Positions 26,900 through 40,199 of a DNA stretch of 64,000 bases are shown here, piece by piece. Origin of the DNA: Auanema rhodensis. Taxonomy: Eukaryota > Animalia > Nematoda. The stretch lies in contig OZ059898.1 in NCBI GenBank assembly GCA_964057225.1, positions 17,918,001 through 17,982,000 of the forward strand, written 5' to 3'. The notes beneath the pieces were generated by a model that was not told the DNA's origin, ran no database searches, and was given only the letters and a program-made list of their open reading frames with translations. A program made the translations under genes and the position numbers. The stretch's first letter is position 1; each line of letters opens with the position of its first letter.

Positions 26900-29800
26900 A
26901 ATTTTTATTGATATTGGTGCATGGCAACCATGACTTTCAAATTTACGTGAACTTCAATTTATGCTAATTAAGTGTACACGTGATGTGCACTTGGTATGTA
27001 ACTCGCTTCGCGTCAAAGATAAAGAGATGCGGTTTTCACAATTAGATTCCTCATGTCCATATTAGTCTAAAAACGAATTTGTATTGATATTGGTGCATGG
27101 TAACCATGACTTTGAAATTTACGTGAACTTTAATTTATGCTAATTAAGTGTACACGTGATGTGCACTTGGTATGTAACTCGCTTCGCGTCAAAGATAAAG
27201 AGATGCGGTTTTCAAAATTAGATTCCTCATGTCCATATTAGTCTAAAAACGAATTTTTATTGATATTGATGCATGGTAACCATGAGTTTGAAATTTACGT
27301 GAACTTTAATTTATGCTTATTAAGTGTACACGTGATGTGCACTTGGTATGTAACTCGCTTCACGTGAAAGATAAAGAGATGCGGTTTTCAAAATTAGATT
27401 CCCCATGTCCATATTAGTCTAAAAACAAATTTTTATTGATATTGGTGCATGGTAACCATGACTTTGAAATTTACGTGAACTTTAATTTATGCTAATTAAG
27501 TGTACTCGTGATGTGCACTTGGTATGTAACTCGCTTCACGTGAAAGATAAAGAGATGCGGTTTTCAAAATTAGATTCCTCATGTCCATATTAGTCTAAAA
27601 ACAAATTTTTATTGGTATTGGTGCATGGCAACTATGACTTTTAAATTTACGTGTACTTTAATTTATGCTAATTAAGTGTACACATGATGTGCACTTGGTA
27701 TGTAACTCGCTTCACGTCAAAGATAAAGAAATGTGGTTTTCAAAATTAGATTCCTCATGTCCATATTAGTCTAAAAACAAATTTTTATTAATATTGGTGC
27801 ATGGTAACCATGACTTTGAAATTTATGTGAACTTTAATTTATGCTAATTAAGTGTACACATGATGTGCACTTGGTATGTAATTCGCTTCACGTGAAAGAT
27901 AAAGAGATGCGGTTTTCAAAATTAGATTCCTCATGTCCATATTAGTCTAAAAACAAATTTTTATTGATATTGGTGCATGGCAACCATGACTTTCAAATTT
28001 ACGTGAACTTCAATTTATGCTAATTAAGTGTACACGTGATGTGCACTTGGTATGTAACTCGCTTCGCGTCAAAGATAAAGAGATGCGGTTTTCACAATTA
28101 GATTCCTCATGTCCATATTAGTCTAAAAACGAATTTGTATTGATATTGGTGCATGGTAACCATGACTTTGAAATTTACGTGAACTTTAATTTATGCTAAT
28201 TAAGTGTACACGTGATGTGCACTTGGTATGTAACTCGCTTCGCGTCAAAGATAAAGAGATGCGGTTTTCAAAATTAGATTCCTCATGTCCATATTAGTCT
28301 AAAAACGAATTTTTATTGATATTGATGCATGGTAACCATGAGTTTGAAATTTACGTGAACTTTAATTTATGCTTATTAAGTGTACACGTGATGTGCACTT
28401 GGTATGTAACTCGCTTCACGTGAAAGATAAAGAGATGCGGTTTTCAAAATTAGATTCCCCATGTCCATATTAGTCTAAAAACAAATTTTTATTGATATTG
28501 GTGCATGGTAACCATGACTTTGAAATTTACGTGAACTTTAATTTATGCTAATTAAGTGTACTCGTGATGTGCACTTGGTATGTAACTCGCTTCACGTGAA
28601 AGATAAAGAGATGCGGTTTTCAAAATTAGATTCCTCATGTCCATATTAGTCTAAAAACAAATTTTTATTGGTATTGGTGCATGGCAACTATGACTTTTAA
28701 ATTTACGTGTACTTTAATTTATGCTAATTAAGTGTACACATGATGTGCACTTGGTATGTAACTCGCTTCACGTCAAAGATAAAGAAATGTGGTTTTCAAA
28801 ATTAGATTCCTCATGTCCATATTAGTCTAAAAACAAATTTTTATTAATATTGGTGCATGGTAACCATGACTTTGAAATTTATGTGAACTTTAATTTATGC
28901 TAATTAAGTGTACACATGATGTGCACTTGGTATGTAATTCGCTTCACGTGAAAGATAAAGAGATGCGGTTTTCAAAATTAGATTCCTCATGTCCATATTA
29001 GTCAAAAACGAATTTTTATTGATATTCATGCATGGTAACCATGACTTTGAAATTTACGTGAACTTTAATTTATGCTAATTAAGTGTACACATGATGTGCA
29101 CTTGGTATGTAACTCGCTTCACGTCAAAGATAAAGAGATGCGGTTTTCAAAATTAGATTTCGCATGTCCATATTAGTCTAAAAACAAATTTTTATTGATA
29201 TTGGTGCATGGTAACCATGACTTTGAAATTTACGTGAACTTTAATTTATGCTAATTAAGTGTACACGTGATGTGCACTTGGTATGTAACTCGCTTCACGT
29301 GAAAGATAAAGAGATGCGGTTTTCAAAATTAGATTCCCCATGTCCATATTAGTCTAAAAACAAATTTTTATTGATATTGGTGCATGGCAACCATGACTTT
29401 CAAATTTACGTGAACTTCAATTTATGCTAATTAAGTGTACACGTGATGTGCACTTGGTATGTAACTCGCTTCGCGTCAAAGATAAAGAGATGCGGTTTTC
29501 ACAATTAGATTCCTCATGTCCATATTAGTCTAAAAACGAATTTGTATTGATATTGGTGCATGGTAACCATGACTTTGAAATTTACGTGAACTTTAATTTA
29601 TGCTAATTAAGTGTACACGTGATGTGCACTTGGTATGTAACTCGCTTCGCGTCAAAGATAAAGAGATGCGGTTTTCAAAATTAGATTCCTCATGTCCATA
29701 TTAGTCTAAAAACGAATTTTTATTGATATTGATGCATGGTAACCATGAGTTTGAAATTTACGTGAACTTTAATTTATGCTTATTAAGTGTACACGTGATG

Positions 29801-30600
29801 TGCACTTGGTATGTAACTCGCTTCACGTGAAAGATAAAGAGATGCGGTTTTCAAAATTAGATTCCCCATGTCCATATTAGTCTAAAAACAAATTTTTATT
29901 GATATTGGTGCATGGTAACCATGACTTTGAAATTTACGTGAACTTTAATTTATGCTAATTAAGTGTACTCGTGATGTGCACTTGGTATGTAACTCGCTTC
30001 ACGTGAAAGATAAAGAGATGCGGTTTTCAAAATTAGATTCCTCATGTCCATATTAGTCTAAAAACAAATTTTTATTGGTATTGGTGCATGGCAACTATGA
30101 CTTTTAAATTTACGTGTACTTTAATTTATGCTAATTAAGTGTACACATGATGTGCACTTGGTATGTAACTCGCTTCACGTCAAAGATAAAGAGATGTGGT
30201 TTTCAAAATTAGATTCCTCATGTCCATATTAGTCTAAAAACAAATTTTTATTAATATTGGTGCATGGTAACCATGACTTTGAAATTTATGTGAACTTTAA
30301 TTTATGCTAATTAAGTGTACACATGATGTGCACTTGGTATGTAATTCGCTTCACGTGAAAGATAAAGAGATGCGGTTTTCAAAATTAGATTCCTCATGTC
30401 CATATTAGTCAAAAACGAATTTTTATTGATATTCATGCATGGTAACCATGACTTTGAAATTTACGTGAACTTTAATTTATGCTAATTAAGTGTACACATG
30501 ATGTGCACTTGGTATGTAACTCGCTTCACGTCAAAGATAAAGAGATGCGGTTTTCAAAATTAGATTTCGCATGTCCATATTAGTCTAAAAACAAATTTTT
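26900..30600 (+). repeat. Local higher-order repeat: three related copies at 6-monomer (1056) and 8-monomer (1407) offsets
   Basis: ggttttcacaatt at 27031, 28087, 29494; ttgtattg at 27079, 28135, 29542; the same 1-bp deletion (gtc-aaaaacg) at 29003 and 30410. Boundaries are approximate. Confidence 0.85.
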
Positions 30601-33600
30601 ATTGATATTGGTGCATGGTAACCATGACTTTCAAATTTACGTGAACTTCAATTTATGCTAATTAAGTGTACACGTGATGTGCACTTGGTATGTAACTCGC
30701 TTCACGTGAAAGATAAAGAGATGCGGTTTTCAAAATTAGATTCCTCATGTCCATATTAGTCTAAAAACGAATTTTTATTGATATTGATGCATGGTAACCA
30801 TGACTTTGAAATTTACGTGAACTTTAATTTATGCTAATTAAGTGTACACATGATGTGCACTTGGTATGTAACTCGCTTCACGTCAAAGATAAAGAGATGC
30901 GGTTTTCAAAATTAGATTTCGCATGTCCATATTAGTCTAAAAACAAATTTTTATTGATATTGGTGCATGGTAACCATGACTTTGAAATTTACGTGAACTT
31001 TAATTTATGCTAATTAAGTGTACACGTGATGTGCACTTGGTATGTAACTCGCTTCACGTGAAAGATAAAGAGATGCGGTTTTCAAAATTAGATTCCCTAT
31101 GTCCATATTAGTCTAAAAACAAATTTTTATTGATATTGGTGCATGGCAACCATGACTTTCAAATTTACGTGAACTTCAATTTATGCTAATTAAGTGTACA
31201 CGTGATGTGCACTTGGTATGTAACTCGCTTCGCGTCAAAGATAAAGAGATGCGGTTTTCAAAATTAGATTCCCCATGTCCATATTAGTCTAAAAACAAAT
31301 TTTTGTTGATATTGGTGGATGGTAACCATGACTTTGAAATTTACGTGAACTTTAATTTATGCTAATTAAGTGTACACGTGATGTGCACTTGGTATGTAAC
31401 TCGCTTCACGTGAAAGATAAAGAGATGCGGTTTTCAAAATTAGATTCCTCATGTCCATATTAGTCTAAAAACGAATTTTTATTGATATTGATGCATGGTA
31501 ACCATGACTTTGAAATTTACGTGAACTTTAATTTATGCTTATTAAGTGTACACGTGATGTGCACTTGGTATGTAACTCGCTTCAAGTGAAAGATAAAGAG
31601 ATGCGGTTTTCAAAATTAGATTCCCCATGTCCATATTAGTCTAAAAACAAATTTTTGTTGATATTGGTGGATGGTAACCATGACTTCAAAATTTACGTGT
31701 ACTTTAATTTATGCTAATTAAGTGTACACATGATGTGCACTTGGTATGTAACTCGCTTCACGTCAAAGATAAAGAGATGCGGTTTTCAAAATTAGATTTC
31801 GCATGTCCATATTAGTCTAAAAACAAATTTTTATTGATATTGGTGCATGGCAACCATGACTTTCAAATTTACGTGAACTTCAATTTATGCTAATTAAGTG
31901 TACACGTGATGTGCACTTGGTATGTAACTCGCTTCGCGTCAAAGATAAAGAGATGCGGTTTTCAAAATTAGATTCCCCATGTCCATATTAGTCTAAAAAC
32001 AAATTTTTGTTGATATTGGTGGATGGTAACCATGACTTTGAAATTTACGTGAACTTTAATTTATGCTAATTAAGTGTACACGTGATGTGCACTTGGTATG
32101 TAATTCGCTTCACGTGAAAGATAAAGAGATGCGGTTTTCAAAATTAGATTCCTCATGTCCATATTAGTCTAAAAACGAATTTTTATTGATATTCATGCAT
32201 GGTAACCATGACTTTGAAATTTACGTGAACTTTAATTTATGCTAATTAAGTGTACACATGATGTGCACTTGGTATGTAACTCGCTTCACGTCAAAGATAA
32301 AGAGATGCGGTTTTCAAAATTAGATTTCGCATGTCCATATTAGTCTAAAAACAAATTTTTATTGATATTGGTGCATGGTAACCATGACTTTGAAATTTAC
32401 GTGAACTTTAATTTATGCTAATTAAGTGTACACGTGATGTGCACTTGGTATGTAACTCGCTTCACGTGAAAGATGAAGAGATGCGGTATTCAAATTTAGG
32501 TTCCCCATGTCCATATTAGTCTAAAAACAAATTTTTGTTGATATTGGTGGATGGTAACCATGACTTTCAAATTTACGTGAACTTCAATTTATGCTAATTA
32601 AGTGTACACGTGATGTGCACTTGGTATGTAACTCGCTTCACGTGAAAGATAAAGAGATGCGGTTTTCAAAATTAGATTCCTCATGTCCATATTAGTCTAA
32701 AAACGAATTTTTATTGATATTGATGCATGGTAACCATGACTTTGAAATTTACGTGAACTTTAATTTATGCTAATTAAGTGTACACATGATGTGCACTTGG
32801 TATGTAACTCGCTTCACGTCAAAGATAAAGAGATGCGGTTTTCAAAATTAGATTTCGCATGTCCATATTAGTCTAAAAACAAATTTTTATTGATATTGGT
32901 GCATGGTAACCATGACTTTGAAATTTACGTGAACTTTAATTTATGCTAATTAAGTGTACACGTGATGTGCACTTGGTATGTAACTCGCTTCACGTGAAAG
33001 ATAAAGAGATGCGGTTTTCAAAATTAGATTCCCCATGTCCATATTAGTCTAAAAACAAATTTTTGTTGATATTGGTGGATGGTAACCATGACTTTGAAAT
33101 TTACGTGAACTTTAATTTATGCTAATTAAGTGTACACGTGATGTGCACTTGGTATGTAACTCGCTTCACGTGAAAGATAAAGAGATGCGGTTTTCAAAAT
33201 TAGATTCCTCATGTCCATATTAGTCTAAAAACGAATTTTTATTGATATTGATGCATGGTAACCATGACTTTGAAATTTACGTGAACTTTAATTTATGCTT
33301 ATTAAGTGTACACGTGATGTGCACTTGGTATGTAACTCGCTTCAAGTGAAAGATAAAGAGATGCGGTTTTCAAAATTAGATTCCCCATGTCCATATTAGT
33401 CTAAAAACAAAATTTTGTTGATATTGGTGGATGGTAACCATGACTTCAAAATTTACGTGTACTTTAATTTATGCTAATTAAGTGTACACATGATGTGCAC
33501 TTGGTATGTAACTCGCTTCACGTCAAAGATAAAGAGATGCGGTTTTCAAAATTAGATTTCGCATGTCCATATTAGTCTAAAAACAAATTTTTATTGATAT

Positions 33601-34549
33601 TGGTGCATGGCAACCATGACTTTCAAATTTACGTGAACTTCAATTTATGCTAATTAAGTGTACACGTGATGTGCACTTGGTATGTAACTCCCTTCGCGTC
33701 AAAGATAAAGAGATGCGGTTTTCAAAATTAGATTCCCCATGTCCATATTAGTCTAAAAACAAATTTTTGTTGATATTGGTGGATGGTAACCATGACTTTG
33801 AAATTTACGTGAACTTTAATTTATGCTAATTAAGTGTACACGTGATGTGCACTTGGTATGTAACTCGCTTCACGTGAAAGATAAAGAGATGCGGTTTTCA
33901 AAATTATATTCCTCATGTCCATATTAGTCTAAAAACGAATTTTTATTGATATTGATGCATGGTAACCATGACTTTGAAATTTACGTGAACTTTAATTTAT
34001 GCTTATTAAGTGTACACGTGATGTGCACTTGGTATGTAACTCGCTTCAAGTGAAAGATAAAGAGATGCGGTTTTCACAATTAGATTCCCCATGTCCATAT
34101 TAGTCTAAAAACAAATTTTTATTGATATTGGTGCATGGTGACTATGACTTTGAAATTTACGTAAACTTTAATTTATGCTAATTAAGTGTACACATGATGT
34201 GCACTTGGTATGTAACTCGCTTCACGTCAAAGATAAAGAGATGCGGTTTTCAAAATTAGATTTCGCATGTCCATATTAGTCTAAAAACAAATTTTTATTG
34301 ATATTGGTGCATGGTAACCATGACTTTGAAATTTACGTGAACTTTAATTTATGCTAATTAAGTGTACACGTGATGTGCACTTGGTATGTAACTCGCTTCA
34401 CGTGAAAGATAAAGAGATGCGGTTTTCAAAATTAGATTCCCCATGTCCATATTAGTCTAAAAACAAATTTTTATTGATATTGGTGCATGGCAACCATGAC
34501 TTTAAAATTTACGTGTACTTTAATTTATGCTAATTAAGTGTACACATGA

Positions 34550-37300
34550 TGTGCACTTGGTATGTAACTCGCTTCACGTCAAAGATAAAGAGATGCGGTT
34601 TTCAAAATTAGATTTCGCATGTCCATATTAGTCTAATAACAAATTTTTATTGATATTGGTGCATGGTAACCATGACTTTGAAATTTACGTGAACTTTAAT
34701 TTATGCTAATTAAGTGTACACGTGATGTGCACTTGGTATGTAACTCGCTTCACGTGAAAGATAAAGAGATGCGGTTTTCAAAATTAGATTCCCCATGTCC
34801 ATATTAGTCTAAAAACAAATTTTTATTGATATTGGTGCATGGCAACCATGACTTTCAAATTTACGTGAACTTCAATTTATGCTAATTAAGTGTACACGTG
34901 ATGTGCACTTGGTATGTAACTCGCTTCGCGTCAAAGATAAAGAGATGCGGTTCTCAAAATTAGATTCCTCATGTCCATATTAGTCTAAAAACGAATTTTT
35001 ATTGATATTGGTGCATGGTAACCATGACTTTGAAATTTACGTGAACTTTAATTTATGCTAATTAAGTGTACACATGATGTGCACTTGGTATGTAACTCGC
35101 TTCACGTCAAAGATAAAGAGATGCGGTTTTTAAAATTAGATTTCTCATGTCCATATTAGTCTAATAACAAATTTTTATTGATATTGGTGCATGGTAACCA
35201 TGACTTTGAAATTTACGTGAACATTAATTTATGCTAATTAAGTGTACACGTGATGTGCACTTGGTATGTAACTCGCTTCACGTGAAAGATAAAGAGATGC
35301 GGTTTTCAAAATTAGATTCCCCATGTCCATATTAGTCTAAAAACAAATTTTTATTGATATTGGTGCATGGCAACCATGACTTTCAAATTTACGTGAACTT
35401 CAATTTATGCTAATTAAGTGTACACGTGATGTGCACTTGGTATGTAACTCGCTTCGCGTCAAAGATAAAGAGATGCGGTTTTCAAAATTAGATTCCCCAT
35501 GTCCATATTAGTCTAAAAACAAATTTTTGTTGATATTGGTGGATGGTAACCATGACTTTGAAATTTACGTGAACTTTAATTTATGCTAATTAAGTGTACA
35601 CATGATGTGCACTTGGTATGTAACTCGCTTCACGTCAAAGATAAAGAGATGCGGTTTTCAAAATTAGATTTCGCATGTCCATATTAGTCTAATAACAAAT
35701 TTTTATTGATATTGGTGCATGGTAACCATGACTTTGAAATTTACGTGAACTTTAATTTATGCTAATTAAGTGTACACGTGATGTGCACTTGGTATGTAAC
35801 TCGCTTCACGTGAAAGATAAAGAGATGCGGTTTTCAAAATTAGATTCCCCATGTCCATATTAGTCTAAAAACAAATTTTTATTGATATTGGTGCATGGCA
35901 ACCATGACTTTCAAATTTACGTGAACTTCAATTTATGCTAATTAAGTGTACACGTGATGTGCACTTGGTATGTAACTCGCTTCGCGTCAAAGATAAAGAG
36001 ATGCGGTTTTCAAAATTAGATTCCCCATGTCCATATTAGTCTAAAAACAAATTTTTGTTGATATTGGTGGATGGTAACCATGACTTTGAAATTTACGTGA
36101 ACTTTAATTTATGCTAATTAAGTGTACACATGATGTGCACTTGGTATGTAACTCGCTTCACGTCAAAGATAAAGAGATGCGGTTTTCAAAATTAGATTTC
36201 GCATGTCCATATTAGTCTAATAACAAATTTTTATTGATATTGGTGCATGGTAACCATGACTTTGAAATTTACGTGAACTTTAATTTATGCTAATTAAGTG
36301 TACACGTGATGTGCACTTGGTATGTAACTCGCTTCACGTGAAAGATAAAGAGATGCGGTTTTCAAAATTAGATTCCCCATGTCCATATTAGTCTAAAAAC
36401 AAATTTTTATTGATATTGGTGCATGGCAACCATGACTTTCAAATTTACGTGAACTTCAATTTATGCTAATTAAGTGTACACGTGATGTGCACTTGGTATG
36501 TAACTCGCTTCACGTGAAAGATAAAGAGATGCGGTTTTCAAAATTAGATTCCCCATGTCCATATTAGTCTAAAAACAAATTTTTATTGATATTGGTGCAT
36601 GGCAACCATGACTTTCAAATTTACGTGAACTTCAATTTATGCTAATTAAGTGTACACGTGATGTGCACTTGGTATGTAACTCGCTTCGCGTCAAAGATAA
36701 AGAGATGCGGTTCTCAAAATTAGATTCCTCATGTCCATATTAGTCTAAAAACGAATTTTTATTGATATTGGTGCATGGTAACCATGACTTTGAAATTTAC
36801 GTGAACTTTAATTTATGCTAATTAAGTGTACACATGATGTGCACTTGGTATGTAACTCGCTTCACGTCAAAAATAAAGAGATGCGGTTTTTAAAATTAGA
36901 TTTCGCATGTCCATATTAGTCTAATAACAAATTTTTATTGATATTGGTGCATGGTAACCATGACTTTGAAATTTACGTGAACTTTAATTTATGCTAATTA
37001 AGTGTACACGTGATGTGCACTTGGTATGTAACTCGCTTCACGTGAAAGATAAAGAGATGCGGTTTTCAAAATTAGATTCCCCATGTCCATATTAGTCTAA
37101 AAACAAATTTTTATTGATATTGGTGCATGGCAACCATGACTTTGAAATTTACGTGAACTTCAATTTATGCTAATTAAGTGTACACGTGATGTGCACTTGG
37201 TATGTAACTCGCTTCGCGTCAAAGATAAAGAGATGCGGTTTTCAAAATTAGATTCCCCATGTCCATATTAGTCTAAAAACAAATTTTTGTTGATATTGGT
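34550..37300 (+). repeat. Local trimer (528-bp) higher-order repeat
   Basis: The ctaataac variant is at 34633, 35161, 35689, 36217 (each +528), then 36921 (+704). Boundaries are approximate. Confidence 0.8.
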
Positions 37301-40199
37301 GGATGGTAACCATGACTTTGAAATTTACGTGAACTTTAATTTATGCTTATTAAGTGTACACGTGATGTGCACTTGGTATGTAACTCGCTTCAAGTGAAAA
37401 ATAAAGAGATGCGGTTTTCAAAATTAGATTCCTCATGTCCATATTAGTCTAAAAACGAATTTTTATTGATATTGATGCATGGTAACCATGACTTTGAAAT
37501 TTACGTGAACTTTAATTTATGCTTATTAAGTGTACACGTGATGTGCACTTGGTATGTAACTCGCTTCAAGTGAAAGATAAAGAGATGCGGTTTTCAAAAT
37601 TAGATTCCCCATGTCCATATTAGTCTAGAAACAAAATTTTATTGATATTGGTTCATGGTAACCATGACTTTGAAATTTACGTGAACTTTAATTTATGCTA
37701 ATTAAATGTACACGTGATGTGCACTTGGTATGTAACTCGCTTCACGTGAAAGATAAAGAGATGCGGTTTTCAAAATTAGATTCCCCATGTCCATATTAGT
37801 CTAAAAACAAATTTTTATTGATATTGGTGCATGGTAACTATGACTTTGAAATTTACGTGAACTTTAATTTATGCTAATTAAGTGTACACATGATGTGCAC
37901 TTGGTATGTAACTCGCTTCACGTCAAAGATAAAGAGATGCGGTTTTCAAAATTAGATTTCGCATGTCCATATTAGTCTAAAAACAAATTTTTATTGATAT
38001 TGGTGCATGGTAACCATGACTTTGAAATTTACGTGAACTTTAATTTATGCTAATTAAGTGTACACGTGATGTGCACTTGGTATGTAACTCGCTTCACGTG
38101 ACAGATAAAGAGATGCGGTTTTCAAAATTAGATTCCCCATGTCCATATCAGTCTAAAAACAAATTTTTATTGATATTGGTGCATGGCAACCATGACTTTA
38201 AAATTTACGTGTACTTTAATTTATGCTAATTAAGTGTACACATGATGTGCACTTGGTATGTAACTCGCTTCACGTGAAAGATAAAGAGATGCGGTTTTCA
38301 AAATTAGATTCCCCATGTCCATATTAGTCTAAAAACAAATTTTTATTGATATTGGTGCATGGCAACCATGACTTTAAAGTTTACGTGTACTTTAGTTTAT
38401 GCTAATTAAGTGTACACATGATGTGCACTTGGTATGTAACTCGCTTCACGTCAAAGATAAAGAGATGCGGTTTTCAAAATTAGATTTCGCATGTCCATAT
38501 TAGTCTAAAAACAAATTTTTATTGATATTGGTGCATGGTAACCATGACTTTGAAATTTACGTGAACTTTAATTTATGCTAATTAAGTGTACACGTGATGT
38601 GCACTTGGTATGTAACTCGCTTCACGTGAAAGATAAAGAGATGCGGTTTTCAAAATTAGATTCCCCATGTCCATATTAGTCTAAAAACAAATTTTTATTG
38701 ATATTGGTGCATGGCAACCATGACTTTAAAGTTTACGTGTACTTTAGTTTATGCTAATTAAGTGTACACATGATGTGCACTTGGTATGTAACTCGCTTCA
38801 CGTCAAAGATAAAGAGATGCGGTTTTCAAAATTAGATTCCCCATGTCCATATTAGTCTAAAAACAAATTTTTATTGATATTGGTGCATGGTAACTATGAC
38901 TTTGAAATTTACGTGAACTTTAATTTATGCTAATTAAGTGTACACATGATGTGCACTTGGTATGTAACTCGCTTCACGTCAAAGATAAAGAGATGCGGTT
39001 TTCAAAATTAGATTTCGCATGTCCATATTAGTCTAAAAACAAATTTTTATTGATATTGGTGCATGGTAACCATGACTTTGAAATTTACGTGAACTTTAAT
39101 TTATGCTAATTAAGTGTACACGTGATGTGCACTTGGTATGTAACTCGCTTCACGTGACAGATAAAGAGATGCGGTTTTCAAAATTAGATTCCCCATGTCC
39201 ATATCAGTCTAAAAACAAATTTTTATTGATATTGGTGCATGGCAACCATGACTTTAAAATTTACGTGTACTTTAATTTATGCTAATTAAGTGTACACATG
39301 ATGTGCACTTGGTATGTAACTCGCTTCACGTCAAAGATAAAGAGATGCGGTTTTCAAAATTAGATTTCGCATGTCCATATTAGTCTAAAAACAAATTTTT
39401 ATTGATATTGGTGCATGGTAACCATGACTTTGAAATTTACGTGAACTTTAATTTATGCTAATTAAGTGTACACGTGATGTGCACTTGGTATGTAACTCGC
39501 TTCACGTGAAAGATAAAGAGATGCGGTTTTCAAAATTAGATTCCCCATGTCCATATTAGTCTAAAAACAAATTTTTATTGATATTGGTGCATGGCAACCA
39601 TGACTTTCAAATTTACGTGAACTTCAGTTTATGCTAATTAAGTGTACACGTGATGTGCACTTGGTATGTAACTCGCTTCAAGTGAAAGATAAAGAGATGC
39701 GGTTTTCAAAATTAGATTCCCCATGTCCATATTAGTCTAAAAACAAATTTTTATTGATATTGGTGCATGGCAACCATGACTTTAAAGTTTACGTGTACTT
39801 TAGTTTATGCTAATTAAGTGTACACATGATGTGCACTTGGTATGTAACTCGCTTCACGTCAAAGATAAAGAGATGCGGTTTTCAAAATTAGATTTCGCAT
39901 GTCCATATTAGTCTAAAAACAAATTTTTATTGATATTGGTGCATGGTAACCATGACTTTGAAATTTGCGTGAACTTTAATTTATGCTAATTAAGTGTACA
40001 CATGATGTGCACTTGGTATGTAACTCGCTTCACGTCAAAGATAAAGAGATGCGGTTTTCAAAATTAGATTTCGCATGTCCATATCAGTCTAAAAACAAAT
40101 TTTTATTGATATTGGTGCATGGTAACCATGACTTTGAAATTTACGTGAACTTTAATTTATGCTAATTAAGTGTACACGTGATGTGCACTTGGTATGTAA

